Assembly (NCBI RefSeq): GCF_001194135.2
Contig: NC_068998.1
Location: forward strand, 10,650,653-10,714,652
Reading direction: 5' to 3'
Source: Octopus bimaculoides
Lineage: Eukaryota
DNA length: 64,000 nucleotides
This document shows, one piece after another, positions 11,648-24,959 of the stretch. The position numbers and the translations under genes were made by a program. How positions within the stretch are numbered: the stretch's first letter is position 1; each line of letters opens with the position of its first letter. Under the pieces are notes generated by a model. It saw only the letters and a list, made by a program, of their open reading frames with translations, did not search any database and was not told where the DNA came from.

Positions 11648-14042
11648 NNNNNNNNNNNNNNNNNNNNNNNNNNNNNNNNNNNNNNNNNNNNNNNNNNNNN
11701 NNNNNNNNNNNNNNNNNNNNNNNNNNNNNNNNNNNNNNNNNNNNNNNNNNNNNNNNNNNNNNNNNNNNNNNNNNNNNNNNNNNNNNNNNNNNNNNNNNTA
11801 TATATAAGATGATTTAGCATCTGTTTCTCTGCATATAGGCTAGAAAATTTTTCTTAGCCCTTATTATAATTATACATAATTTTCACCTTAATTGGTTTCA
11901 TTTTATATGCTGGCCACTGATAAAATTTCTTTCAAAAAAAGTTTTATCCTCTATTATTGTATATATATGTGTGTGTGTGTTTCCCTTCCAGTCATTTCAA
12001 TATGTGACCAAGTTGATCAATCACAGAAATCCGTGTAAAGTATCCCCTCCCCCACTCTCATTCCTAACCCTCTTATCCTGTTCTCTCACATTCATTACCC
12101 TATCTTTTATTCATCCTATCTTTGTTGTGTTGCTTGAACAAAACGAGCAATGCAGAGTAGGGAGAACACTCTAGTATAGCAGGGCCTGCAAACTGCACCC
12201 CATAGAATATTGAAACTGGCTAGCGTTAGAAAAGGCATTCAGGCATTGAAGAAACCATGCTGAAAAGATAAGGTCCCCAAACTGCTTGGAAGGGAAGTAA
12301 CTCCACATAGGAACTGACTTGGAATTATTTGTTGCGATCGCATGTACACACACAGAATCGGTGTTCATTTCTAATCTTCTGTGAAAACATGTCCAGTTAT
12401 GGAGAAATATGTTGCCTGGCAACAGGAAGGGCATCATACTATAGAAAATATACCACAACAAATTCCATCTGGCCCATAACAATGATGACTATACACACAA
12501 AGCTGAATGTATAGTCAATATTTTCTTAAACATATGTGTTTTTCTAAATACTTCCTAAAAAAAAAAATTGCCCTGACCCATGTGCAGCATGGAAAAGTAG
12601 ATGCTATAATAATGATGATGATATATGTATCAAACACTCAGATAGAAAAAAAATTATATCTATGTGTGTATATATAAAAGATTATGTGAGTTCATAAAAA
12701 CTTTATAAAAAATAAGCAATACAAAAAGCCAGTTTGTACCATACTGGCAATGAGTCAAAATTCTCTCTCTCTCTCTCTCTCTCACTTTATCTATCACACT
12801 CACGCACACATACACAGAGGTTATGTAATTTATATAGGAACAACATTGTCACTAGAAATGAAAAATGAGATCTCCCAAAATTGGTCTGGTTACCAACCAA
12901 CTGGTTTTTTTGGAATTGTTGCAGTTCTGGTTCTCAGTCTTAAGATTTATTTATCATCATCATCATAAACTTCATGACCTGACCAGAATATGTAAATACG
13001 TCTAACATTTACACTATGGAAATAAGTAAACGGATATAGGTTACATCAATGCGTCATAAGATGGACTGAGTTACATATTAAGTCAGTTTAAACAAACAAA
13101 TAAACTAATGGAACCTACTAAATTATTTTGGTTTTGTCCTTGAATAAATGAAGGTGGCTTTCGTTTTGCTTTGTTGTTGTATTATTGCATTCTTGTTTGT
13201 TAATTGGTTGGATGGATTTACTGAAGAGTAAATGTCATGTTTGTCATTGAAGACATTCCAGATCTCTTAACCCATTTTAAGACCTTCTCAATTAAGTTGT
13301 TTTTGGTTTTTAATTTTATACAAGGCAGAGAAGGAAGGGTAGCAGTACCCATGAGTTTAGTTGGTATCTCATTGATACTCACCAAACCAGATTTAAAGGT
13401 AAGAACAATTAAGAGCAAAACCTATAAGGTAAAATAAGGAATATCAAAATTTGTAGGCAAAACAAGGGAAACCAAAATTCTCTTGGAACAACAAGGAAGA
13501 ACAAACTGTCAGCAAGACAAGGTGGGTCCCACTGTGGAGAAATCAAGGAGCTCAAACTCTGCAGGCTGAACATGATCCAAGGTTCAGATGCTTCCTCATA
13601 AGGGCCATTGACATCTTTGCAAGATTTGGGGCTAACATTCAGTAAAATGCCACTCTGTAGTAAATGCAACCCATTTTTAGTTGAGCAAACTGGAGCAACA
13701 TGAAATGCTGTGCTGTGGGACTGAACTGAAGACCACAGGATTAGGAAGCAAGCTTCTTACCACACAGACATACCTGCATCTCCATGCATATGCATAATCA
13801 CACACACAAACACACATACACATACACACATAGTTGACTAAGAATCCATATGTCTGAAAAACGCAGCACTCATATATTTATCAATAGAGTGATATATATA
13901 TGTCAGCATTTGCAGTATTATAGATCCATTACAGCCAATCTTATCAGCTTCATACCACCTATCTGATAACATGCTCTTCAGAGACAGCAGATAATGGCAG
14001 ATTGGTAAGACAATCTGCAATAGATATATAACTCTGTATAGT

Positions 14043-14077
<35 letters not shown>

Positions 14078-14731
14078 TCATCATCGTCGTTTAACATCTG
14101 CTTTCCTTGTTAGCATGGGTTGGACGATTTGACTGAGGACTGGTGGACCAGGCGGCGACACCAGGTTCCAATCTGGTTTGGCAGGGTTTCTACAGCTGGA
14201 TGCCCTTCCTAATGCCAACCACTCTGAGAGTGTAGTGGGTGCTTTTAGGTGCCACCGGCACGAGGGCCAGTCAGGCGGTACTGGCGACGGCCTCGCTCGA
14301 AATGGTGTATTTTACATGCCACCTGCACAGAAGCCAGTCCATATATATATATATATATTAGGGCTGCAGAATTTAAAGATTAATTAATTATTAATTTATT
14401 TTAACAATTAAATTTTTATTAATCGGTTTCAAATCTAATTTCTACCCATCATTAATAAAATGTACNNNNNNNNNNNNNNNNNNNNNNNNNNNNNNNNNNN
14501 NNNNNNNNNNNNNNNNNNNNNNNNNNNNNNNNNNNNNNNNNNNNNNNNNNNNNNNNNNNNNNNNNNNNNNNNNNNNNNNNNNNNNNNNNNNNNNNNNNNN
14601 NNNNNNNNNNNNNNNNNNNNNNNNNNNNNNNNNNNNNNNNNNNNNNNNNNNNNNNNNNNNNNNNNNNNNNNNNNNNNNNNNNNNNNNNNNNNNNNNNNNN
14701 NNNNNNNNNNNNNNNNNNNNNNNNNNNNNNN

Positions 14732-15052
14732 TGTCAGTAAGGTGAGGGTTGGCAATGAGTACAGTGAAGGATTCCGGGTAGAGGTAGGGGTCCACCAAGG
14801 TTCTATCCTCAGCCCCCTCCTATTTATCATAGTCCTCCAGGCGATAACAGAGGAATTCAAGACAGGATGCCCCTGGGAGCTCCTCTATGCTGATGACCTT
14901 GCACTAATTGCTGAATCACTATCAGAACTAGAAGAGAAGTTTCAGGTGTGGAAGCAAGGACTAAAATCGAGGTGGTGAGGCAAGACCTTCGAACATTGGG
15001 CCTCACCGAGGCGATGACTTCTGACCAAGACTTTTAGAAATATGCTGTGTGA
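14732..15052 (+). mobile_element. RTE-clade LINE fragment (RT domain joined to the 3' end of the ORF); 5' part lies in the gap
   Basis: Translates VGVHQGSILSPLLFIIV...WELLYADDLALIAES (GVxQG and YADD motifs), then jumps to DLRTLGLTEAMTSD..KYAV, typical of an RTE C-terminus. Confidence 0.9.
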
Positions 15053-15589
15053 TGCCTTGCAGTGTGATGAATTGTACCAATTGTCGAAGCTGGTAATTCC
15101 AGCCAAAGAGGAAAAATAACAGAGAGAATACAAAAGAGCACATGAGAAGCATCATTTGTCAGTTGCATTTGGTAGCTTCACCTGCAGCAGATAACATCAC
15201 TGCAGCAGATCAAGAGCCGACCTTTTGCCCACATGCAAACCTGCCAGGGATGATTATTGAATGAGAACAATGAATATCAACATATGATGGACATTTAAAG
15301 AAGAAGCAGTGTATATAATTCAGTATATAATGCATGCAGTGTATACAATTCAGAAAATAGCATGTATAATTTGTTAAGCCATGTACATGATTTAGTAAGA
15401 AAGTTAATATTATTTCATCACTGAATGCAATTTATTGAGAAGACAAAAAATACAAAAGCAAAGAGAAAAAAATAAATAAATAAATAAATTGAAGTAAAGA
15501 AAAGAAACAGGTTGCACATGAATGAATATTGGGGTATTTAATCATACAGAAATAAATAAATAAATAATAATAATAATAATAATGCTTTC

Positions 15590-15625
<36 letters not shown>

Positions 15626-16330
15626 CATCTTACCCCTCGAATGTCACTAGAAACAGTAGAAGACCTACAACAGCCTATGCCTTCAAATTTTCTCCTATGA
15701 TTATTGGACTGCCAGTTTTTATTTATTTATGTTGTTGTTGTTGTGGTCAACCTTATTTTTTTTTTTAATCCAGATCAGCTCTGATCAGACAAACAGACAG
15801 AGAGACTGACAGACAGATAAACAGAGATACAGACAGACCAATGATTCCAAAAGGGTTTCAGCTGGTAACAAGTCTGTTCTTTATTTTCCTGGAAATAGTC
15901 GATGCCACCATTACCTAACATGTCCCTTGGAATAATGATTGTGATATGAAAAAAAAACAGGTGGGAAGTAGATGTGGCTGCTATTTCTAGCAGGTCAGGA
16001 ACAACTTGTCATTAAACCAAGTGGCATGAAATCAATCTTCAGAAGTTGTGCTTTTCCAAGATATAGTAAAATTTTTTAATCCAACATCAGTGACTAATTC
16101 TGGGAAAATTATGCTCACTCATTCTTCTATTAAATCAGTTTACAATTTACATAATGTATATTATGAACTATTGCTTAGCGAACCAGGAAGACCTTGATGG
16201 CGGCTTGCTTAGTGATTGGGTCTTAACTTGGTGTTAGTACAACAGTCAACAACAACATAAGTGATTCCCAACAATATCCCCACCACACATACACACACAC
16301 AACATGAGTCAATGGAGAAGCTTCTATATC

Positions 16331-16563
16331 TCTTTTACTCGTTTCAGTCATTTGACTGTGGCCATGCTGGAGCACCACCTTTTAGTCGAGCTAATCGACC
16401 CCAGGACTTATTCTTTGGAAGCCTAGTACTTATTCTATCGGTCTCTTTAGCCGAACCGCTAATTTACGGGGACTTAAACACACCAGCATCGGTTGTCAAG
16501 CAATGTTAGGGGGACAAACACAGACACAAACATGTACACACACACACACACACACACATGTAT

Positions 16564-16605
<42 letters not shown>

Positions 16606-16756
16606 GACGGGCTTCTTTCAGTTTCCATCTACCAAATCCACTCACAAGGCTTTGGTCGGCCCGAGGCTATAGTAGAAGACATTTGCCCAAGGTGCCACGC
16701 AGTGGGATTGAACCCAGAACCATGTGGTTGGTAAGCAAGCTACTTACCACACAGCC
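16331..16756 (-). mobile_element. tRNA-derived SINE family A, full-length low-divergence copy
   Basis: Reverse complement of the 30936-31352 copy, CpGs largely retained. Confidence 0.85.
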
Positions 16757-18091
16757 TATGATTATTAATTTTCTAAAATGAATCAAGGAAGTTTGAGAAG
16801 TGTGGCTGTATAGGTTCTCTCATTTGCTTGTAGGAAAGATTGTTCAACTGAAATCCACAGAAAACTTCAATCAACAGATAGGCTACTATGTGGACACCAA
16901 ATTTTACAAATAACAACCAAATCACTTTCTATTGTCTTAGGGAAAAAAAGCCTATATTTCACATACAAAAACAAAATCAAAACTAGAATAGAGAATATAG
17001 ATACAGGTGTGGCAATGTGGTGAGATTTTACTTCCCTACCACATGGTTCCAGGTTCAGTCCCACTGCATGGTAACTTGTGCAGGTATCTTCTACTATAAC
17101 CTGTTTTCTGTGTGAGTGTGTGTGTGTATCTTTGTATTTGTCCCCCACCACCACTTAACTAGTGTTGGTATATTTACGTCCCCGTAACTTAGAGGTTTTG
17201 CAAAAAGAGACCAATAGAATATGTACCAGGCTTAGAAAATCGATAAGTTCTGGGCTTGATCTGTTTGGCTAAACCCTTCAAGGCAGTGCTCTAGTATGGC
17301 TGAAGTCTAATGACTGAAACAAGAAAAGGTTAAATATGGACAAGCTTGGAATTCCTTTACTTATTGATCTGCTCAATTAGCATTGAGATGAGTGTAAACA
17401 ACAACAAACAAAACCATACTTTGCTTATATCATCTATTCTTCGTTCTATCCTAGATTAGTCATTACAACTAAATTTAAATTTAGAACTTATATATATATA
17501 TATATATATATTCAATTGTTTATTCCCTTTGTATGACTAAATCGCTTTCTTAACCTGCCATTGAACCATAAAATTATTATCACACCCTATTTCTCAAACC
17601 AAACTAAGCAAATGTAAACAAAGAAATTTCTACAGGGTCACTATATCACACACAACTGTTTTAAAAGAAAGAACACAGATGATGCAATAATGGATACACT
17701 GCCTGCAAAAACAAAAATGTATTTTGCTGACCGGCAGCCTTCTACTTTCTCTGTCCAAAAGGAATTTTCAACCCAATATTTACATGTTATTTATGATCCT
17801 ATGTCTGTGCTACAAGACATTAAAAAAGAAAAAAATTCACTAATCTTGATGCAAGGCCAACAATTTTGAGGGGAGGGGTGAGTTGATTACATGGACGCTG
17901 GTTACTCTCGTTCATAGTTTACACTTAGATTTCTGAAATTTTGAATTTTTAATCACGTTTTGTTTTGAACTTGAAAAATACAGACGTACTGTTGAAATAT
18001 TGTTCAACGAATAAAACATCTATACAATCGAATCGCGCTCTTCGTCTTGACTATTTACCTTCGTGAAGAGTTACGTCAATCCTTTTTTAAA

Positions 18092-18122
<31 letters not shown>

Positions 18123-20157
18123 AATAATAATAATGATAATAATAATAATAATAGTAATAATAATAATTCATTTTCATTTTTGGCACAGGTTCAGCAATTT
18201 TGAGATGGGGAAGTTGATTACATCAATCCCAGTGCTCAACAGGTGCCTATTGGATCAATCCCGAAAGGGTGAAATCAAAAGTCAACCTCAGCGGAATTTG
18301 AACTCAGAACGCAAAACCAGAAGAAATGTCTTAAGCAGTTTGTCCAACCTGACTTGAAGTGTGACATCTTCAGTTGTTGGAACAGAGAAATTAACAAAAT
18401 CATGGTACTGCTGATTATTACTAGGGCCTTGGGAACAGTGACAAAAAAAAAAAAAAAAATCTTGATAACATTCTCATAAAACTTGATCTTAACCTAGGAG
18501 TTGGTGCAAAGCAGAAAACATGTTTGCCTGTTTGCTGGGTCAGGACTGGCCTTGGGTTAAACAACAACAACACACATTTACCAGATGGTGAAAGAGAGAC
18601 AAATAATGCAATACAGGAAATGCTTACCATTGATGGATAGGAGTGATCTGTACTAGAGAACTCAAGGACTGTGATTGAGGCATACAACTTCATTGAGGAC
18701 AGGAGACCGGAACTAGCTCTAATGGCAAAGTGTGCAGAGAAGATATGATCGAGGCAATAGAGAGGGAGGAGAGATAGAGAAAGAGAGACAGAGAAGAGAG
18801 AGAGAAGGGTGGATAGTAGAGAAGCAAGAAGCGCTAGAGAGTGAAAGAGAGATGCAGAGGTAGACAGATAGTTAGAAGGAAAGCTCTCTGTATGTATGTA
18901 TATACACACACACACACACACACACACATAGAGGAAATGAGGGACAGATAGGGAGATAAACAGAAGAAAAAGGAGAAAGATAAGAAAGAGAGAGGGGGGA
19001 ATGGGTAGATGGGTTAACAGGGAGAGAGAGTACAGTTCAGTGTGGTGCTTATTAAATCATAGATTTTTCTTTTTCCCTCCACACTTTCCTAACCCCCTCC
19101 CCTCATCTATCTCCTCTCCACTCCCCTATTCTTTTTTTGGATAGCAATTAAGGACACCTGCTTTCTGTTCAGAAAAGACAGTGGTGCAAGTTGTGGTGGC
19201 GATGATGATGATGATGATGATGATGGGGACTAAGGTGGTAGTGGTGGTGGTGGTGGCAGTCCTTTGTGATTGGATGTGGTGATGATGGTGGCAGTGGCTA
19301 TAGTGGTGGTGGTGCTGCTCCTGTTGTTGTTTAACCCAAGGTCAAATTGGATTGAACAGACTTATGAACACCCTGTCTTTATCCTACATGTGGAGAAATC
19401 ACAACTTAAACTATCCAACACGTCTATTGTAGGATCTAACTAGAGGGAGATTTGGCCACTATTTCTAGTAGTTGAGACATCAGAGAGAGACTCCTTCATT
19501 GGGTTGCTTGCAATGTTTTTGGTTCTTAACCATATTGGTGCTGGTGCTGGTGGTGACAGTTGCGATGTTTATAGTATAGTGATAGGAGCGTTTAAGGTTG
19601 GAAGAATTACAAGAATGAAGGCTTATTTACCAGAGACTGGTTGACTCATCACACAGACACAAAAGACAATATGACATCATTCCAGTTACTCTCATGAAAG
19701 TTCCCCAACGCTATCCTCACCATCACTACCAAAACCTGTGACAACATCAAATGATGCCACAGGGATGGCGGTGAAGAAAAGTTAACCTTTCCCATCGACG
19801 TTCTCAATTGGAAGTTTGCATGTTTGTCCGACATTACATCAACACTGACAACTGCTGCTACCTTCCGCTTTGCTTCATAACTACACCTCACCACTGCTGC
19901 ATGCCTTACCAGTCTTGTTTTGCATCCGGTCCTCATGCATCTTGTTCTATGCAACAAACTCATCTGACCTTGTTCCACTCAAGCACCTTCCTATTTCTGA
20001 GTCTATTTACATGTACACACTTGCATTCACACAAGTGTTTCCATGAAAATTCATGCACACACACACACACACATATAACATTCTAAATATACATACAGTT
20101 ATGCATGTATGTTCTTTTATCTGTCTACATCTGCTTAGCTCCCTCTTCCAACATATA

Positions 20158-20640
20158 TATTGGGTCATCCTATAAAGAATGCGGTTCTTTTTTATACTTT
20201 TATTTTTCAAAATTAAGATAAACAAAATTCTTTTTTAATCTAATACATACTCTCCTTCATTTTCTACAATGCTCTTCCATCTATCTGGTAGACTTGCAAA
20301 GCCCTGCTTCCAAAATAATTCATTTGTCTGTGATGAGAAATACTCCTCCATTACTGTTCTGACCTCGTCTACAGAATTCATATTTTTTCCATCCAAATGA
20401 TTCTGAAGACTGCAGAATGATAATCAGATGGGGGGCAATGTCCAGCGAATATGGTGGGTGGAGCATCATTTCCCATTCAAACTGCTCCAGCCTCTGGAAT
20501 GTCATCCTCACTGTATGTGATTGAGCATTATCCAGAAGGAAGAACACCTTGGTGGTTGTTTTTCTTCTAGCGCTGACTTGAGCCGCTCAAGCCGCTTGCA
20601 GTGGAACTCCTTTGTTACCATTTGGTTTGGGTTTAAAAGT
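20158..20640 (-). mobile_element. Mariner transposase fragment with one terminal inverted repeat
   Basis: RLERLKSALEEK...FLLDNAQSHT...WEMMLHPPYSLDIAP (DNA..H and HPPYSPDLAP motifs); TA-flanked tattgggtcatcc end at 20158. Confidence 0.85.
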
Positions 20641-22074
20641 TCAATGTGGACTAAACCTTTCATATCCCACCACACAGATAACAGCTTTTATTGTCTCTAC
20701 TGCTCTTTGATAATGTATAGGTTTGTTTATGCCTGTGTAACTTAGAAATTCAGCAAAAGGGACAGATAGAATGAGCACCAAACTTAGAAAAAAAAAATAA
20801 ACACCGGGATCGATTTGTTTGACTAAACCCCCTCAAGTCGGTACCCCAAACCCAGCATGGCCACTGTCCAATGACTGAAACAAGTCACAAGAAATACTCT
20901 TTAATAAGAAACAGAAACAAGTAGGTCACACAAGCGCAGTCAAGTCATGGACAACCTGCAGACCACAGGACCTTCTGAATGGCACCTTAATAAAAACTTA
21001 CATCTAAGTTTTTTTAATAGTGTAGGTCACCTGATGATGGGCCAGGTCTCGCGAGGCCCACTTCTTGAAAATGTTTTCCATGGCAACACTAGAAAATGTA
21101 GACCTGACTATACATTATGCTTCAAAAGAAAATAAATGGGACGGTCCAGGCTGGAATGCATTTGATTGTAGGTCAGTCTGTCTATCTGCCTGGCTGTCTG
21201 TTCAATCTGGGTTGGACTGTGGTACAACAGCATCAGCAGTTATCATCAATACTGTGATCATCTCCACAGTCCACCACCACCACCACCAGTAGTACTACTG
21301 TCAACCTCATTATCCTCACTCCCACCACCACCACCACCACCACCACCACCACCACAAGTAAAGTCACTAATAACACTAGCACCACTGTCCAACTGAAACA
21401 CCATATCAGAACAGCTTCTATTCACCACACGCATACACATATACACTGAGGCACACATACACCCTCAATCACATGAACACACACACACACACACACNNNN
21501 NNNNNNNNNNNNNNNNNNNNNNNNNNNNNNNNNNNNNNNNNNNNNNNNNNNNNNNNNNNNNNNNNNNNNNNNNNNNNNNNNNNNNNNNNNNNNNNNNNNN
21601 NNNNNNNNNNNNNNNNNNNNNNNNNNNNNNNNNNNNNNNNNNNNNNNNNNNNNNNNNNNNNNNNNNNNNNNNNNNNNNNNNNNNNNNNNNNNNNNNNNNN
21701 NNNNNNNNNNNNNNNNNNNNNNNNNNNNNNNNNNNNNNNNNNNNNNNNNNNNNNNNNNNNNNNNNNNNNNNNNNNNNNNNNNNNNNNNNNNNNNNNNNNN
21801 NNNNNNNNNNNNNNNNNNNNNNNNNNNNNNNNNNNNNNNNNNNNNNNNNNNNNNNNNNNNNNNNNNNNNNNNNNNNNNNNNNNNNNNNNNNNNNNNNNNN
21901 NNNNNNNNNNNNNNNNNNNNNNNNNNNNNNNNNNNNNNNNNNNNNNNNNNNNNNNNNNNNNNNNNNNNNNNNNNNNNNNNNNNNNNNNNNNNNNNNNNNN
22001 NNNNNNNNNNNNNNNNNNNNNNNNNNNNNNNNNNNNNNNNNNNNNNNNNNNNAAATATATATATAGTGAGAGTT

Positions 22075-22215
22075 ACCAAAAAAAAAAGATGAAGACAGGT
22101 GTGTAAACAACAAACAGATGTATTAGTTTAATGCTTGGGAAGTGAAAGAGTCTTTTACATTTTGAGCCTATGCTCTTCAACAGAAAGGAACACAGAAATA
22201 AACAGGAAGAGAAAA
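22075..22215 (-). mobile_element. Second Penelope-like terminal fragment with an atypical hammerhead-like motif
   Basis: CTTT-CTGTTGA-A-GAGC(atag)GCTC-AAAA-TGT-A-AAAG; related sequence near 35985-36060. Confidence 0.4.
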
Positions 22216-22399
22216 TAAGAAAAGGTTTAGTGGCTAGTGATGTGTATGTATATATATCAATATATACACACACACATATATATACACATACACACATATA
22301 TATATATGTATATATATCACACACACAATCACATATACATACATGTGTGTATTATAGCTTATTAAGCTTTTCTGTTTCTACATACTTTGTTTTACTTCT

Positions 22400-23010
22400 T
22401 ACAGTCAACCTCAGTATTTATCTTTTTAAGTGTGGTACTTATTCCATCAATACCTTTTTCAAAAACTAAGTTACAAAGATGTAAACAAACCAATGCTGGG
22501 ACTGAAGTAGAAACCACAAGGCGGTGAGCTGGCAGAAACATTAGCACACCGGGCGAAATACTTAGCGGTATTTTGTCTGCTGCTATGTTCCGAGTTCAAA
22601 TTCCGCCGAGGTTAACTTTGCCTTTTGTCCTTTCCGGATTGATGAATTAAGTACCAGTTATGCACTGGGGTCGATATAATCGACTTAATCCATTTGTCTG
22701 TCCTTGTTTGTCACCTGTGTGTAGCCCCTTGTGGGCAGTCAAGAAATAAGAAACCACACGGTTATGGGGACATAAACACAACGGATTCAGTTGTTAAGTG
22801 ATGGCAAGAGGACAAACACAGACACACACAAATATATATGGGTACATAAATATACAACAGGCTTCTTCCAGTTTCTATCTACCAAATTCACTTACAAGGC
22901 TTTGGTCAGCCTGAGGCTATCGCAGAAGACACTCGCTCAAGGTGTCACACAGGGGAACTGAACCTGGAACCATGTGGTTGGGAAGCAAGCTTCTTACTAC
23001 ACAGCTACAT
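22400..23010 (-). mobile_element. SINE family A copy hosting a nested SINE B
   Basis: Family A sequence on both sides of 22519-22748. Confidence 0.75.
22519..22748 (+). mobile_element. tRNA-derived SINE family B with 10-bp TSD
   Basis: ggcggtgagctggcagaa (A box) ...gagttcaaattcc (B box); TSD agaaaccaca at 22509-22518 and 22749-22758. Confidence 0.85.
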
Positions 23011-23510
23011 CTGAATGTATAAATATCTTTGTGTACATGTGTTGTGCTGTACGGATATATACAAACACATACTTACACAAATACTAGCCCCCAGCTTATC
23101 AATCATATAACTACAGAAATACTGTGTATACACATACACCGTCTGGCTGATCTAATCTGGAAGGCAGAATAGCAGCACATAATTACACACACACACACAC
23201 ATATACATACATATATATATATTATATATATATATAAAAATACAGATAGATAGAAAGGTGTGTGTAAGGATACACTGGTCTGTTCTGCTTCAGTGGTCAT
23301 TTCTGCATGTACTGTTTATGATTTAAAAGGTTTTACTGTATTGGTAAGTGTTCCACATGCATCTCTGTTGATTCATGTCTCTTATGTCTGCAACAAAATG
23401 CCATGCCAACAACTGTAGAATCTCTTCAGTGATAAGTGGTACTTGCACAACAGTGGCCATTCAAGCAGAGCAGTATGTCTATATACACAAGCACACACAT
23501 ATGTGTGTAT

Positions 23511-23552
<42 letters not shown>

Positions 23553-24066
23553 TGTGTGTGCATACAGACGTGCATGCAATTTTCAGGTGCAGTGAACACT
23601 AACAACACCAATTTAGGAAATAGCAATGGAGTGTATTTTGGTGTATGTGTATTTATATATAAATGTATATGTGCATGCATGCATGTATGGTAATTAATTG
23701 ATAATAAAAGCAGAATGAAATACAGTCAGTCATGTGTCTAATTGGTAGAATGTAAGCTGCACCTACAAAAAAATGTCCAATAATGTTTATTTCAACACAT
23801 GATTATCCAACAAGAATCTGGCAAAAAAAACAAAAAAACTTTGTGTATGTGTGTGTGTGGGTGAGTGTGGGTGTGTGAGTGTGGGTGAGTGTGTGTGTGA
23901 AGGTATAGCTCATGGGTGCAGGTATGACTGTGATTAAGAAGTTTGTTTTGAACCCTGCTGTTTCAGGTTCAATCTGTGTGTTAGGTACCGTCTACTATAA
24001 CCTGAGACTAACCAATGCTTTGTGGGCATATTTGCTAGATGGAAACTGAAAGAGGTCTGTTGATAT

Positions 24067-24126
<60 letters not shown>

Positions 24127-24909
24127 TCATCATCATCATCATCATCTAAAAGCCTGTAAGTCAGAAAAAACAGGGATTTGTATATTTGTCAACTGAATGG
24201 GTATATTAATATTGGCACAGGGTCAGCAGATTTTGAGAGGAAGGGCAAGTCAATTACATTGATCCCAGTACTTCACTGGTCTTATTTTATCAACCCCAAA
24301 AGAATGAAAGACAAAGTCACCCTTGTCAGTATTTGAACTCAGAATGTAGAAAATTGGAAGAAATATCACTAACGATCCTGCAAGCTTGCTGCCTAAATAA
24401 TAAGTGTTTCTAATTCAGGCACAAGATTAACACTTTTGAGATGGTTAATCCCTAGACTACATTATCCAACGTGTCAATGTTTCCTTCTTATTGGCGTTAT
24501 GATTTATATGATATTTAGCTGTTGTTTCTAGCAGGTCTAGTCATCGTAAAGGGGTTTCAGACTGCAGAAGTTACTGCCTTGATTTGAAATTTAGATAATA
24601 AATTCCAATAGAGCCTTATAGTCTGCAGAAGAGCAGTGAACGTGAGGTTAAGGTAGTGGAAAATTTTAAACCACATAGTTATGAGTTAATACTTTAATGC
24701 CTCCCTGGGGCTGGGTACATATCTCTAATTGCATTATTTCATCTGACCCATCTTTACATTCCAGTTGTATGTTATGAACGAAAGGTTAATAAGGTTAATG
24801 TGAAAAGGCCATACAGCAGTGAGACTGTCTGCTCTTAAAAAATAGCCACCCCCAAAACATATTTACTATGGGAAACTGGATTTAAAACCAAAGAAAAAAT
24901 TTACATCAA

Positions 24910-24959
<50 letters not shown>

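Noticed and set aside
13220-13680. Coding-like block, possibly a decayed LINE (similar blocks at 38280-38700 and 45830-46110)
   Set aside because: No diagnostic motif recovered in any frame
21045-21170. Plus ORF ATLENVDLTIHYASKENKWDGPGWNAFDCR followed by gtcagt
   Set aside because: No convincing acceptor, in-frame stops just upstream, no recognisable family
21258-21458. Gly-rich ORF from (CCA)n repeats
   Set aside because: Trinucleotide repeat; stops in flanking frames, no splice support
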